The notes under the pieces were generated by a model. The model worked only from the letters and a program-made list of their open reading frames with translations, was not told where the DNA came from and made no database searches. The position numbers and the translations under genes are program-made. Below are positions 10,501 through 20,069 of a DNA stretch of 64,000 bases, in pieces. How positions within the stretch are numbered: the stretch's first letter is position 1; each line of letters opens with the position of its first letter. The DNA lies in the NCBI GenBank assembly GCA_963745025.1, contig CAVUWD010000008.1, forward strand, positions 160,001-224,000. The letters are read 5' to 3'. The stretch is from an uncultured delta proteobacterium (GTDB taxonomy: Bacteria; Desulfobacterota; Binatia; JACPRU01).

Positions 10501-10639
10501 CTACGATGGCCTCGCCACCGTCCACCTGGACCTGGGCGACGAGGGGCAGGCGGAAGAGTTCATGCAGAAGGCCCAGGCAGTTTGCGAGCGGGCCGGGCTC
10601 GAGCCCGACGCGCTCGTGGTGCTGCCGTTCCTGGATTGA
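7508..10639 (+). CDS. Zinc-ribbon + class III adenylate/guanylate cyclase + STAND-type AAA ATPase + TPR protein
   Basis: CxxC..CxxC N-terminus; TVLFADLAGFT, KYVGDAVMAVFG, GDTVNTASRLQ; Walker A GEAGAGKS; Walker B VVEDLHWAD; TPR-like C-terminus. Confidence 0.92.
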   Translation: MTCNGCGFEAPADFAFCPKCGARLAAAPASPLPASPAPEGDRRPVTVLFADLAGFTALSEGLDPEDVRAIQSDLFHEMSASIDRYDGFVEKYVGDAVMAVFGAPRAHEDDPERGLRAALLMRERMDALNVRWERRVGRPLALHIGVNTGPVVAGRIGSAADAAYAVTGDTVNTASRLQSAAPAGEILVSDATYEFTYHAFAFAPREEIRLKGKSEPVAIHRLLSPLAAPRSARGLEALGLDAPLVGRERELGRMQAAFDEMRAGHAQVLSLIGEAGAGKSRLQREFFARLEAAGRLEGVTVRRAACSALGEQTYGATAALLRDAYGVEHGDSVAVVRSKIGAGLETLGLGPEDREAMVAALSQVLGLERDNARMRHLEPEQLKRQIFMATRALVERRLATGPLVLVVEDLHWADAASIELLGATADRLADRPLLVLLMYRPTLKPGALGTSRAPHTVIEVTPLSRSDSDDLLAAWFGDSTRLFPERLRALILERAGGNPLYLEEVVRALIAARVLVREGEVWHCTAEAATAQVPSTLHGLLLARLDQLAATERQLIQEAAVIGPRFELPLLKAVSTVSAAVDSALDALVRADLVTPGPKHRFRHGLLQEIVYQNILVARRTELHTRVGTALEAEGAGSPESLERLVALGHHWALGADKGRGARYLMAAGDWARGMYANADAIQHYQRALDALEHCEAVETERLVARERMADQLGPTGRRGAALGEYEIVEAGYRAAADAPARARILRKMGGLHWDAGARTRALRCFEAGLALLGADREHIERAHLYQEMGRLAFRSGDSQRAVEWAEQARLHAERLAENPSLGADGRVEAVTATAQSHNTLGVALARLGRLEEAVGHIERSVALARESGLLQVACRGLANLSVLYSTLDPARAIETCSAGLEMAKKIGDLGFQSRLYANLAVAYCALTNRCDEQGIGAAHTAIDLDRRLGQLDHLAVPLIVLGQIYQCHGDPTRAIAHYREALALAEEADEPQLLFPCYDGLATVHLDLGDEGQAEEFMQKAQAVCERAGLEPDALVVLPFLD

Positions 10640-10673
10640 CTCGAACACGAGTCTAATAGAAAGGACTCTGCTC

Positions 10674-11344
10674 ATGGCGTCCATGATCCTCTTCGACCCG
10701 GTGATCCCGCTCCCCACTTCGCGCTGCCCGCGGTCAATCGCGAGGGCCAGGTCTCGCTCGACGACTATCGCGGGCGAAGTCCGGTCCTGGTCGGCCTGTT
10801 CCGCGGACTGCACTGCCCCTTCTGCCGGCGCCAGCTCGTGCAGCTGGGCACCACGCAGGAGAAGCTCAAAGCGGTGGGGGTGGAGACGATGGCGGTGGTC
10901 AATACCCCACTGGAGCGCGCGCGGCTCTACTTCAAGTACCGGCCCGCACGCGTGCTGCTCGCTGCGGACCCGGAGGCGGCGACGCATCGGGCGTTTGGGG
11001 TGCCCGAAGGCACGCTCGTCGAGGACGAATCGCAAGCCTCGTGGCCCCTGGGGAGATTCACGATGGGCCAGCTGCAAGCGTCACTGGTCAATCCCACCGG
11101 AGAGCTACCCGCGCCGCAGAATATCCTCCAGGCAAACGAGACGTTGAACAAGCGGGACGGGTTCGAGCTGACCGAGGTCGACCAGCAGATGGTGGCGACG
11201 CACGGCTTTCAGCTGGCCGGGCACTTCCTCATCGATCGGGACGGGATCATCCGGTGGCTGCAGATCGAAGGCGCGGAGCGGATCGGCGACCTCGCCAAGT
11301 TCCCGAGCGACGAGGAGATCCTTCGGGCGGCCCGCAGCCTCTAG
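10674..11344 (+). CDS. Peroxiredoxin-like AhpC/TSA redoxin (CPFC), with an apparent 1-nt deletion near 10681
   Basis: RBS GAAAGGA and ATG at 10674 (MAS). After a frame change it reads HDPLRPGDPAPHFALPAVN...FRGLHCPFCRRQL into the listed ORF 10838-11344. Confidence 0.75.
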
Positions 11345-11514
11345 ACCGGTCCCAGCCCGGGCTTCGTGGGAAAACGCAGCGGCCAACCCGTGTTCGGTTT
11401 CACCCGGAATGGCCGTTCATTTTCGCCGGGATACGCGTTCGAACGCATCTTTTCTCGTCGATGTGGACCAGCGGGAATCGGTCCCGCAGGAGAGCTATCA
11501 TAGGAGGAGTCGTT

Positions 11515-12309
11515 ATGAAGCTGAGTGAGCTGACGGATGTTCTCTACGAGATCGATCGAGGCCTCGCCTGGATCACGATCAACCGCCCCGACCGGTTTAA
11601 CTCCTTTCGAGGGCGGACGATTGACGAGCTGCTCCGGTGTTTCAAGGCGGCGTGGGCCGACAAGACCGTCGGAGTCGTCGCGTTCACCGGCGCGGGGGAC
11701 AAGGCATTTTGCGCGGGCGGCGACCAGAAACAGCGGCAGGAGACCGGCGACTACGGCCCCACCGAGACCGGACTCTTCGAGGTCGAGTCGCTTCACCGCA
11801 TCATCCGCGAGATCCCGAAACCCGTCATCGCCGCGGTGAATGGCGTGGCCGTCGGCGGCGGGCACGTCCTGCACTTCCTCTGCGATCTCACGATCGCCGC
11901 GGAGCACGCGCGGTTCGGGCAAGCCGGCCCCCGCGTGGGCTCCTATGACGCCGGGTTCGGGAGCGCCTACCTCGCGCGGATTATCGGCGACAAACGAGCA
12001 AAAGAGATCTGGTATCTCTGCCGGCTGTACGACGCCGCCGCCCTGGAGCGGTGGGGTCTCGTGAACAAGGTCGTGCCCCTCTCCGAGCTCAAGGCCGAGG
12101 TCCGGCGCTGGGCGGACGAGTTGCTCGACAAGAGCCCCTACGCGCTCAGGGCGCTCAAGCACTCTTTCAACGCCGACACCGAGTCGATCGCGGGGATCGG
12201 GGGAATGGCCTTCGATAGCCTCGACCTCTTCGTCAAGACCCCCGAAGCGCGAGAAGGCGTAGACGCGTTCAACGAGAAGAGAAAACCGGACTTCACACCG
12301 TACCGGTGA
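11515..12309 (+). CDS. MenB/BadI-like crotonase (2-ketocyclohexanecarboxyl-CoA hydrolase-like)
   Basis: AGGAGG RBS; AFCAGGDQ, VGGGHVLHFLCD, GPRVGSYDAGFG, FNEKRKPDF. Confidence 0.85.
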   Translation: MKLSELTDVLYEIDRGLAWITINRPDRFNSFRGRTIDELLRCFKAAWADKTVGVVAFTGAGDKAFCAGGDQKQRQETGDYGPTETGLFEVESLHRIIREIPKPVIAAVNGVAVGGGHVLHFLCDLTIAAEHARFGQAGPRVGSYDAGFGSAYLARIIGDKRAKEIWYLCRLYDAAALERWGLVNKVVPLSELKAEVRRWADELLDKSPYALRALKHSFNADTESIAGIGGMAFDSLDLFVKTPEAREGVDAFNEKRKPDFTPYR

Positions 12310-12433
12310 CCCCGGGTTCGGATCGCATCGCGGGCTCTCCGGGTAGCACCCGGATCCGAGCTCGCAGAACTCTGACTCCGTCTTCTACGTGCGAAAAGGG
12401 CGTCGAAGACGGAGTCCTTTTCCTTGATGAGGA

Positions 12434-12877
12434 GTGTCCGAGATGGCCACGATTCGGAAAGCGACCCCGGCAGATCAGGCGAAGACCATTGGTCTGCTGA
12501 AGCAGTTTCCACCCGACCCTGAGCTGCCAAAGGTCAACTGGGACGACGCGGCCAAGGCCTTTGCGACGCTCGCTGAGGGCCGCAGCGGCTGCATCTTCGT
12601 GGCGGAAGAGGGCGGTGACATCGTGGGCGTGGTCACCCTAGGCTACTCGTATGTCCTGCGCTTTGGCGGAATATACGCGATGATCGAGGAGTTCATCGTA
12701 AGCGAGAAGATGCGGGGCAAGGGGATCGCGAGCCAGTTGATCCAGACAGCGATACAGGAGGCGCGCCGGATGGGTTGCCCGGAGGTCCAGGTCAACGGGC
12801 CGAGCCCGCTGGGCCGCCCCGTATACCTCCGCAACGGCTTTCACGAAGCAGGGCTCCACATGAAGATCCAGCTGTGA
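12434..12877 (+). CDS. GNAT-family N-acetyltransferase
   Basis: IEEFIVSEKMRGKGIASQLI acetyl-CoA binding motif; YLRNGF. Confidence 0.85.
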   Translation: MSEMATIRKATPADQAKTIGLLKQFPPDPELPKVNWDDAAKAFATLAEGRSGCIFVAEEGGDIVGVVTLGYSYVLRFGGIYAMIEEFIVSEKMRGKGIASQLIQTAIQEARRMGCPEVQVNGPSPLGRPVYLRNGFHEAGLHMKIQL

Positions 12878-13013
12878 CGAGACGGGCGATGCCAAGAAGG
12901 ACGAGCACAGACAAGATCGAACACGAGCGGAGAGCTTGGGAGGTCGAGAAGACGCAGCCAATTCGTGCAAGATCATGTCGAAGGATGATCGTCTCGCGCG
13001 ACGCGGCGGGAGA

Positions 13014-14216
13014 ATGCCGATGGAAAAAGCCCTGGCGGGCGTGAAGGTCCTCGATTTGACGCAATTCGAAGCCGGCCCTTCGTGCACGGAGATGCTCGCC
13101 TGGCTCGGCGCGGACGTCATCAAGGTCGAATCGCCACAGCTGGGTGAGCAGGGGCGATGGCTGCTGACCGAAAAGCAGGGCGTCGATTCCTACTATTTCC
13201 TGCTGCTCAACGCGAACAAGCGCGGCATCACGCTCAATCTGAAGAGCGCCAAGGGCCAGGAGATTTTCCAGGACCTGGTGAAGAAGGTCGATATCCTGAG
13301 CGAGAACTACTCGCTCGGAACTCTCGAAGGCCTCGGCCTCGGCTACGAAACGCTCCGGGACCTCAATCCACGCCTCATCTATCTCACGATCAAGGGCTTC
13401 GGTACCACCGGGCCGTACAGCTCATACAAGAGCTTCGACATGATTGCGCAAGCGTCCGGCGGCGCGATGGCGTTGACCGGGTTTCCCGGCATGCCTCCAC
13501 TGAAGCCAGGGCCGACGATCGGCGATACCGGAACGGGTATGCACGCGGCGATCGGTGTCCTGGCTGCCTATATTCAGCGCCAGCACACCGGAAAAGGGCA
13601 GAAGGTAGAGCTCGCAATGCAGGAAGCGGTGCTGAACTTTTGCCGTGTCCCGATAATGGGTACCTATGTGACGCATGAGCCGGTGGAGCGCACCGGCAAT
13701 CGCCTCCCCGCCGGACTCGGGGATATCTACCGATGCGCCCCGGGTGGCGACAACGACTACGTCTTCATCCTCTGCAGCGTGACCGAAATGTGGAAGAACC
13801 TCTGCAAGGCGATCGGGCAGCCCGACCTCGCCGACGATGAGCGATTCAGTCATGCGCGGTCGCGCGCCCGCAATGTCGAGGCGCTGACCGCAATCATCAG
13901 CGAATGGACCGGCAAGCACACCAAGCACGAGGTGATGAAAATCCTAGGCGAAGCCGGCGTGCCGTGCGGCAAGGTGCTGGACAGTGTCGAGCTGCTGAAC
14001 GATCCGCATCTGAAAGAGCGCGGCATGATCGTCACCGTGAATCATCCGGTACGCGGCGAGTTCACGATGCCAGGATGCCCGGTGCGTCTGGAAGACTCTC
14101 CGGTCGAGGTCACGGCTGCGCCGCTCCTCGGACAACACAATGGCGAGGTATACGGCGAGCTGCTGGGGATGACGGCCGATGACCTGGAACGGCTGAAGAC
14201 CGACGGCGTCATCTGA
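13014..14216 (+). CDS. Formyl-CoA transferase-like class III CoA-transferase
   Basis: LDLTQFEAGPSCTEMLAWLGADVIKVE; catalytic Asp in PTIGDTGTG; APLLGQHN. Confidence 0.88.
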   Translation: MPMEKALAGVKVLDLTQFEAGPSCTEMLAWLGADVIKVESPQLGEQGRWLLTEKQGVDSYYFLLLNANKRGITLNLKSAKGQEIFQDLVKKVDILSENYSLGTLEGLGLGYETLRDLNPRLIYLTIKGFGTTGPYSSYKSFDMIAQASGGAMALTGFPGMPPLKPGPTIGDTGTGMHAAIGVLAAYIQRQHTGKGQKVELAMQEAVLNFCRVPIMGTYVTHEPVERTGNRLPAGLGDIYRCAPGGDNDYVFILCSVTEMWKNLCKAIGQPDLADDERFSHARSRARNVEALTAIISEWTGKHTKHEVMKILGEAGVPCGKVLDSVELLNDPHLKERGMIVTVNHPVRGEFTMPGCPVRLEDSPVEVTAAPLLGQHNGEVYGELLGMTADDLERLKTDGVI

Positions 14217-14337
14217 GCTGCCGGCCTGCATCTCTCGCCAGACCTTTTGCTGCGCATCGCCTCTGCTCTCTCCACCTTGGGTGATTCGCTCCTATCTTGC
14301 ACGCACGATCCGGAGGCGTCGTCGGACGCCTCGATGG

Positions 14338-14385
14338 GCCGACGCCACCGGCGAACCGCTCCACCTCGATCGTCGTGAAGCCCAT
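14338..14385 (-). pseudogene. N-terminal stub of a probable enoyl-CoA hydratase
   Basis: GGAGGAG RBS directly after the SDR stop, then MGFTTIEVERFAGGVG; the similarity is then lost. Confidence 0.4.
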
Positions 14386-14400
14386 GCCTGTCTCCTCCGT

Positions 14401-15177
14401 TTAGCGAATCCCCGCGTAGCCACCGTCCACGACGAAGACCTGTCCGGTTACGTAGCTCGACGCCTCGGAGGCCAGGTAGAGCGTCAGGCCGACGATCTCC
14501 TCGGGGTCGGCGAAGCGGCCCATCGGAATCTTGTCGAGCACTCGGCGATAGAGAGCGGCGTTCTTCATCAGGCCGCTCGTGAGGTCCGTGGTCACGTATC
14601 CGGGCGCGACCGCGTTGACGCGGACGCCATGCGAGCACCAGTCCGCGGCCAGCGTCTGGGTCATGGCGATGAGCCCGGCTTTCGCCGCGGTGTACGGCAG
14701 GCCGCGCTTGGTCCCGTGAAGCGCGGTCGCCGATGTGATGTTGACGATCCGGCCGCCGCGCTGCGCGATCATGACCTGCCCGACCTCGCGGCACGCCAGG
14801 AACGCTCCGCGCAGATTCACGTTCATGATCAGGTCCCAGTCCTCGGGCGTGAGGACCTCGGGGCGCTTGAACAGGGGATTGATGCCGGCGTTGTTGACGA
14901 GGACATCGATCCGACCGCAGCGACTCCTCACCTCGCCGACGAGCCGCTCGACGTCCTCGAGCCGGCTCACGTCCGTCGGAATCCCGTCGGCCCGGTGCCC
15001 GAGCGCCTTGATCTCCGCGGCCACCGAGTCGACCGACTCGGGCGAGCGGCTCGCCACGACGACGTGCGCCCCGCTGGCTGCAAGGCCGAGCGAGATCGCG
15101 CGCCCGATGCCCCGTGAGCCGCCGATGACTATCGCGACCTGGCCACCGAGGTCGTGCGCTTTCCGCTGCTGCTCCAT
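14401..15177 (-). CDS. Short-chain dehydrogenase/reductase
   Basis: GGSRGIG, NNAG, YTAAK, VNAVAPG. Confidence 0.92.
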   Translation of the reverse strand: MEQQRKAHDLGGQVAIVIGGSRGIGRAISLGLAASGAHVVVASRSPESVDSVAAEIKALGHRADGIPTDVSRLEDVERLVGEVRSRCGRIDVLVNNAGINPLFKRPEVLTPEDWDLIMNVNLRGAFLACREVGQVMIAQRGGRIVNITSATALHGTKRGLPYTAAKAGLIAMTQTLAADWCSHGVRVNAVAPGYVTTDLTSGLMKNAALYRRVLDKIPMGRFADPEEIVGLTLYLASEASSYVTGQVFVVDGGYAGIR

Positions 15178-15192
15178 CGACGTCGTCGTCGA

Positions 15193-15378
15193 CTACCGCG
15201 TGAGGCGGTCGCCGGCTGTTTCCCGGTCCCAGGCGCCCTCGACTCCCCGCTTACGGAGCCGGCACTTCTGGACCTTCTCCTTGGGCGACTTGGGCAGCGC
15301 GTCAACGAGCTCCACGTACTGGAAGCATCGGTGCCGCGCGGCCTGCTCGGCGAGCATTCGCGGGAGCGTCGTCATCAC
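15193..15378 (-). pseudogene. Internally deleted acyl-CoA ligase (CaiC-like): N- and C-termini joined in frame
   Basis: MTTLPRMLAEQAARH joined to YVELVDALPKSPKEKVQKCRLR...WDRE (A10 Lys motif); only 61 aa. Confidence 0.7.
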
Positions 15379-16535
15379 CCCTGGTCCTCGTCCCAGCGGT
15401 ATCCGTCGAGGAAGTTGCGCGCGATGACGAGCTGCTGGATCGTGGGAGTGCCTTCCTCGAGCCAGTTCAGGCGGGCGTCGCGATAGAGACGCTCGATCGG
15501 ATACTTGCGCGTGTAACCGACGCCGCCGTGGATGAGCAGGGCGCGGTCGGTCACCCGGCCCACGGCCTCAAGGCCGAACAGCTTGCACATCGACGCCTCG
15601 GCGGGAATTCGCTCGCCGCGATCGGCCTTGCGCGCGGCATCGTACACCATCGCCCGAAGCGCGTAGATGTCCGTCGCCATCTCGGCGAGATAGGTCTGCA
15701 TCGCCTGCCGCTCCGCGATCGGCTTCCCGAACGTCACGCGCTTTTTCGAAAACGCGAGCGACAGGTCGAGCGCGCGCTCCGCGGTCCCCAGCGACGTCGC
15801 CGCGATGAAGAGGCGGCTGACCTCCAGCGCGACCGTCATCTGGAGGAGCCCTTCGCCTTCCGTCCCCATGATGTTCTTCGCCGGCACGCGGCAGTCCTTG
15901 AACGTCAGGTAGCCGTGCTCGCCCCCTCGACATCCCATCAGCGGCGGCATGCTGCCGATCGTGAAGCCCGGCGTCTCGCGATCGACCAGCAGCGCGCTGA
16001 TGCCGTGGGCGCCACGAGTTGGATCGGTGTAGCAGAACGTCATGAAGTGACTGGCGAACTCGGAGTTCGTGATGAGGTGCTTCCGGCCGTTCAGGATGAA
16101 CTCGTCGCCGTCGCGCACCGCCCGCGACTTGAGGTCGCGGCCGGTGCCGGCATCCGGCTCGGTGAGCCCGAACGCAACGGAGTATTCGCCGCTCGCGATC
16201 CGCGGTAGCAACGCCTGCTTCTGCGGCTCGCTGGCGAGCTGGGCGACCGCCTTCGCCGTCGTGTTGTGGACGTGCACGATCACCCGGATGCCGCCATGGA
16301 TCTTCGAGAACTCGGCCAGGATCGGGACGTACTGGGAGGCCGAGAGGCCCACGCCCCCGTAGGCGTCCGGAACGAGCATGCCGAAGCAGCGCATGCGGCG
16401 GAGTTTGGGCAAGACCTTGTCGAGCGGCACCTTGTCGGTGCTCTCGATCTCCTCCTCGTACTGGTCGAGCTCCTCCCAGATGAACTCGAACATCTCCTTC
16501 TTGAACTTCCGGTACGCTTCTGCCGTCAGGGCCAT
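15375..16535 (-). CDS. Acyl-CoA dehydrogenase
   Basis: FGLTEPDAG, LNGRKHLITN, RVTFGKPI, HGGVGY, RDARLNWLEEGT. Confidence 0.93.
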   Translation of the reverse strand: MALTAEAYRKFKKEMFEFIWEELDQYEEEIESTDKVPLDKVLPKLRRMRCFGMLVPDAYGGVGLSASQYVPILAEFSKIHGGIRVIVHVHNTTAKAVAQLASEPQKQALLPRIASGEYSVAFGLTEPDAGTGRDLKSRAVRDGDEFILNGRKHLITNSEFASHFMTFCYTDPTRGAHGISALLVDRETPGFTIGSMPPLMGCRGGEHGYLTFKDCRVPAKNIMGTEGEGLLQMTVALEVSRLFIAATSLGTAERALDLSLAFSKKRVTFGKPIAERQAMQTYLAEMATDIYALRAMVYDAARKADRGERIPAEASMCKLFGLEAVGRVTDRALLIHGGVGYTRKYPIERLYRDARLNWLEEGTPTIQQLVIARNFLDGYRWDEDQG

Positions 16536-16553
16536 GCGTCGTCTCCTTCGGGC

Positions 16554-16709
16554 TCAGGATTTCGTGTAGCGGTACACGCCGTGTCCCATCTTCCTGCCGA
16601 GGCGGTTGGCTCGCACCATCTGGCGCAGAAGCGGACACGGGCGGTATCGGTCTCCGATCTCGCGATGGAGGTACTCGAGGGTGCCGAACTCGAGCGAGGC
16701 CGCCAGCAT
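16554..16709 (-). pseudogene. C-terminal fragment of 3-hydroxyacyl(butyryl)-CoA dehydrogenase
   Basis: Translated by hand: [38 protein letters not shown]. Confidence 0.8.
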
Positions 16710-16894
16710 TCACCCAACATAGCAGTTGCAAAAACGCCCGTCGCTAGCCGAGGCTCGCGAGAGATTACGCATTGCGCTCGATCCCTCCACGGTGATAGCC
16801 AATGACACGGTGGCCTTCCGGGAAGCTCTCACCCGTGGTTCGCGCTGGGCGAGGCAGACCGCGAAGCGTGCCGTAGTCCCGTAACGGAGAGCAC

Positions 16895-17518
16895 ATGAGG
16901 ACACGAGTTGCGACGCTTGGCTGGTCATTGACGGGAATGGTGCTGGCGATACCCGTAGCAGCGCTCTCGGCGGAAGCGGCGCCGCAGCCGCCGCAGCCCT
17001 CCATCGCTATCGCCCCGGGTTACCAGGTCTCCCTCGAGTACACGCTCTCCGACGAGAAGGGCGTCGAGATCCAGACCAACAAAGGCGAAGCCCCTCTAGT
17101 CTATACGCCGGGGAAGAACGAGATCTTTCCCGGGCTCGAGAAGGCCCTCGACGGCATGCACGTCGGGGAGGAGAAGGACGTGAAGCTACCTCCCGAAGAA
17201 GCCTACGGGCCGGTGCGCAAAGACGCCTTCCAGGAGGTGCCGAAGAGTTCGATCCCCGCCGAAGCGTTGAAGGTCGGCACCCCGCTGCGCGCCCAAGCTC
17301 CGGACGGCCGCACCATGGTGGCGCGCGTCAGCAAGATCAAAGACAAGACAGTTGTCGTCGATCTCAATCATCTGCTCGCCGGCAAGACCGTGGCCTTTCA
17401 CCTGAAGGTCCTCGATGTGAAGAAGGCCGAGGAGAAGTCGGAGGCGACCTCCAAGTCCGCAGAGCCGCCACCCGCGCCGGACGCCAATACGGGCGTGGGC
17501 GACAAGCCGGCCAAGTAG
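16895..17518 (+). CDS. SlyD-like FKBP peptidyl-prolyl isomerase with signal peptide
   Basis: VSLEYTL, PGLEKALDGM, PEEAYG, VDLNHLLAGK; hydrophobic N-terminal signal ending in an AxA-type site. Confidence 0.85.
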   Translation: MRTRVATLGWSLTGMVLAIPVAALSAEAAPQPPQPSIAIAPGYQVSLEYTLSDEKGVEIQTNKGEAPLVYTPGKNEIFPGLEKALDGMHVGEEKDVKLPPEEAYGPVRKDAFQEVPKSSIPAEALKVGTPLRAQAPDGRTMVARVSKIKDKTVVVDLNHLLAGKTVAFHLKVLDVKKAEEKSEATSKSAEPPPAPDANTGVGDKPAK

Positions 17519-17944
17519 CGAGTCGGGCTCCCGGCGGGCGAGGCGGCTCCGCCCGCGACAGAGCCACTGCGCGATGGGACGATTCGACCGTTTTGGCGCG
17601 CTCGAACCGCCGGTAGGCCGCGAGCGCTGCGATGAACCATCCCATTTTGCCAGCAGCACCGAGGGATCGCGCCGTCGCATCAGCAACAAGAGGACAATCA
17701 GGTGTGCGCACAAGTCGGCGAGCCAGTACCGGGTGAAGATGCACTCGATGGCCGCCACGATGTCCTCGCGATACGGGCGACGGCACGCAGGAACGCCGCC
17801 GGGGTCGTTTTCATGTTCTTGTGCGCGACGATCTCCGACAGTCCCGCTCTTGCTCTTGATATCCAAATGCCGGAGGAAGGAAACGGGAAGCATTTGCCAA
17901 AGATCCAAAGCCGATCGATGCCAAAAACTATAGAGGAGAGCCAG

Positions 17945-18439
17945 ATGACCGACGTCCGCAAGTTGGAGGATCACGTCTCGATCATCCACGTGATCCAACA
18001 GGTCGCGAGAGCCTTTGACGAGAAGCTCCACGACGAGCTCCTGCCGAAGGCATTCGACGACAACGCGAGTATCCTCTACCGCCTCCGCGGCGCGCGGATC
18101 GATTTCTCGATGCCGAAGGGGCTCGCGCAGTTCAAGTACTTCCACGACCGCTGCTACTGGACGCAGCACCACGTGTCGCCCCACGTCGTCTCGATCGACG
18201 GCGACACGGCACGCGCGAGCACGCCGGTTCACGCCGTGCACCTGCAGATCCGGAACGACGGCAGCCACAACCACTGGGTGATCGCGGCGGTCTATCACGA
18301 CGAGCTGGTGCGACGGCCTGAGGGCTGGCGCATCCGCAAGCGGAAGGCCCTCTGCCCGTACGTTGAAGGCGACTTCCTCGTGGACGGCGTGCGCCTCTTC
18401 CCGACGTTGCCGGATCTGGACCGCGAAGGGGCGCCCTGA
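17945..18439 (+). CDS. SnoaL/NTF2-like protein
   Basis: GAGGAG RBS; TQHHVS, IDGDTARA, YHDELVRRPEGWRIRKR. Confidence 0.85.
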   Translation: MTDVRKLEDHVSIIHVIQQVARAFDEKLHDELLPKAFDDNASILYRLRGARIDFSMPKGLAQFKYFHDRCYWTQHHVSPHVVSIDGDTARASTPVHAVHLQIRNDGSHNHWVIAAVYHDELVRRPEGWRIRKRKALCPYVEGDFLVDGVRLFPTLPDLDREGAP

Positions 18440-18529
18440 TCGGAGTCCATCCCGAGCCCGTCGATCCGGCCAGACCAACCTTCACTGCCAACGGAGCCGG
18501 GATGAGGGACACGCTTCTGCCGGGAGGCG

Positions 18530-19516
18530 TCACTGCACCTTCGGCAGGATGTCCTCCTTCAACCTCCTCAGGTCCGTTATGGTCTTCGCCGTCGGTGTAC
18601 CCTTGAACGGCGGCCACAGGAGCGGAAGCGTCAAGCCGGCCTCCTTGTACCTCTTCAGGTTGTCGGTGATCTGCTGAGGGGTTGCCGTCATCGTAGGGGT
18701 CAGCTTCCCCCTGTAAGTCTGGTCCGTCTTCTCCCTCGTAATGTCGAAGAAGAGCATGCTCGCGATCTCGAGATCATCCAGTGATCGCGGGCTGCCGATC
18801 TTCTCGAGCTCCTCTTTGATTGCCGACCGCCATCTCATGATGTCCTCTGGGGTGTCCCCCACTCCGATCCAGCCTTGCAATCCATATTTGGCGACCCGCT
18901 TTGCCGCGATCTTCGGCTCTCCGAGCCCGCCGAAGAAAATCGGCGGGTGCGGCTTCTGAACGGGCTTTACTCCGAAGCCGCATTTCTGGAACGAGGCGAA
19001 CTCGCCATGGTACTCGAACACCTCCTGCGTCCAGATGCCCTGCATGATCTCGATGGTCTCCATGAGGTGCTTGTTCCGTCTTTCGTAGATGTGCGTCGCA
19101 CTCGCGGCCTCGAACTCCTCGGGCATCCAACCCGTTCCGAGCCCCACGTTGATCCTTCCACCCGAAAGGTGGTCCCAGGTCCCGATCTCCGCCGCCAGGA
19201 CTCCAGGGGCCCGATACGGTGTGTCGATCACACTGACGCCGAGCCTGACCTTCTTCGTGGTCGCAGCCAGATAGGGAATCAGCGGCAAGCCGTGCAAGAA
19301 CTCCGCTCTCGAAGCGACCGGGAGGGCACGAGGGAACTCTTTCATGAAGCCGAACGGCTTGCGCAGCTCCTGGCGGTCGGACGCTTCCGGGACCACGATG
19401 CGGTCCAGAGTCCAAACCGAATCGAATTCGAGCTCCTCGGCAACGCGAGCGAGATCGTCGATCTCACTGACGGTTATCTTGTCCCTGAAGTTTGGCAAGT
19501 AGAGTGCGAGTTTCAT
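18530..19516 (-). CDS. LLM-class (probable F420-dependent) oxidoreductase
   Basis: FDSVWTLDRIVVP, LSGGRINVGLGTGWMPEEF, KPVQKPHPPIFFGG. Confidence 0.88.
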   Translation of the reverse strand: MKLALYLPNFRDKITVSEIDDLARVAEELEFDSVWTLDRIVVPEASDRQELRKPFGFMKEFPRALPVASRAEFLHGLPLIPYLAATTKKVRLGVSVIDTPYRAPGVLAAEIGTWDHLSGGRINVGLGTGWMPEEFEAASATHIYERRNKHLMETIEIMQGIWTQEVFEYHGEFASFQKCGFGVKPVQKPHPPIFFGGLGEPKIAAKRVAKYGLQGWIGVGDTPEDIMRWRSAIKEELEKIGSPRSLDDLEIASMLFFDITREKTDQTYRGKLTPTMTATPQQITDNLKRYKEAGLTLPLLWPPFKGTPTAKTITDLRRLKEDILPKVQ

Positions 19517-19690
19517 AGAGAACCGACCTCCTCTTCGCTCGTCTTGTACGTCGTACGATTCATGTCACTTGCCGTCCGCCACGAAGCCCCGCCGGCGAAA
19601 GCTCGGTCTCGCGATCCGTCGCGTAGCCGCTTGCCAGCGCCATCCGTTGGAGTCTTCTTTTCCGCCCCTCGCTGCGCCCCTTGAGGTACA

Positions 19691-19707
19691 AGCACGCAAC
19701 GTGCCGC
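19691..19707 (-). promoter_or_regulatory. Sigma-54 (-24/-12) promoter for the LLM gene
   Basis: Minus strand GCGGCACGTTGCGTGCT fits GG-N10-GC, about 175 nt upstream of the start. Confidence 0.6.
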
Positions 19708-20069
19708 GGCCGGGGTGTAGCGCAGGACCAGGCATCATGCAATCTACATCAACGGTTCCGGCTCGTGCCAGATACCGGCAGGCACGACGTCGGCGGGGAG
19801 TGCTCACGGTGTGGCTCATGTGACGGAGTGTCCCGGGTACGGTGCGGGTGAAAAACTGACGCAGTTCATCTTGGCCGCGGGATGCGTCGTCTACCCACCG
19901 GAAAGCTGCAAGTCGGATGCCCGCCCAAAAGCGACCAGTAATCTGGGACTCGGATTGTACCCCTCATCTCGATCTGACGCCTTTCGCGTCATGGTGACTC
20001 CGAAAGGACATGCCGAAGCCTCGAGCACGCCGGCGGTGAGGCTGGGCGAGGCCTTTTCGCGATCTTTGC

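Noticed and set aside
17620-17930. Possible AraC remnant and TGCCAAA direct repeats
   Set aside because: The similarity is too weak to support by eye.
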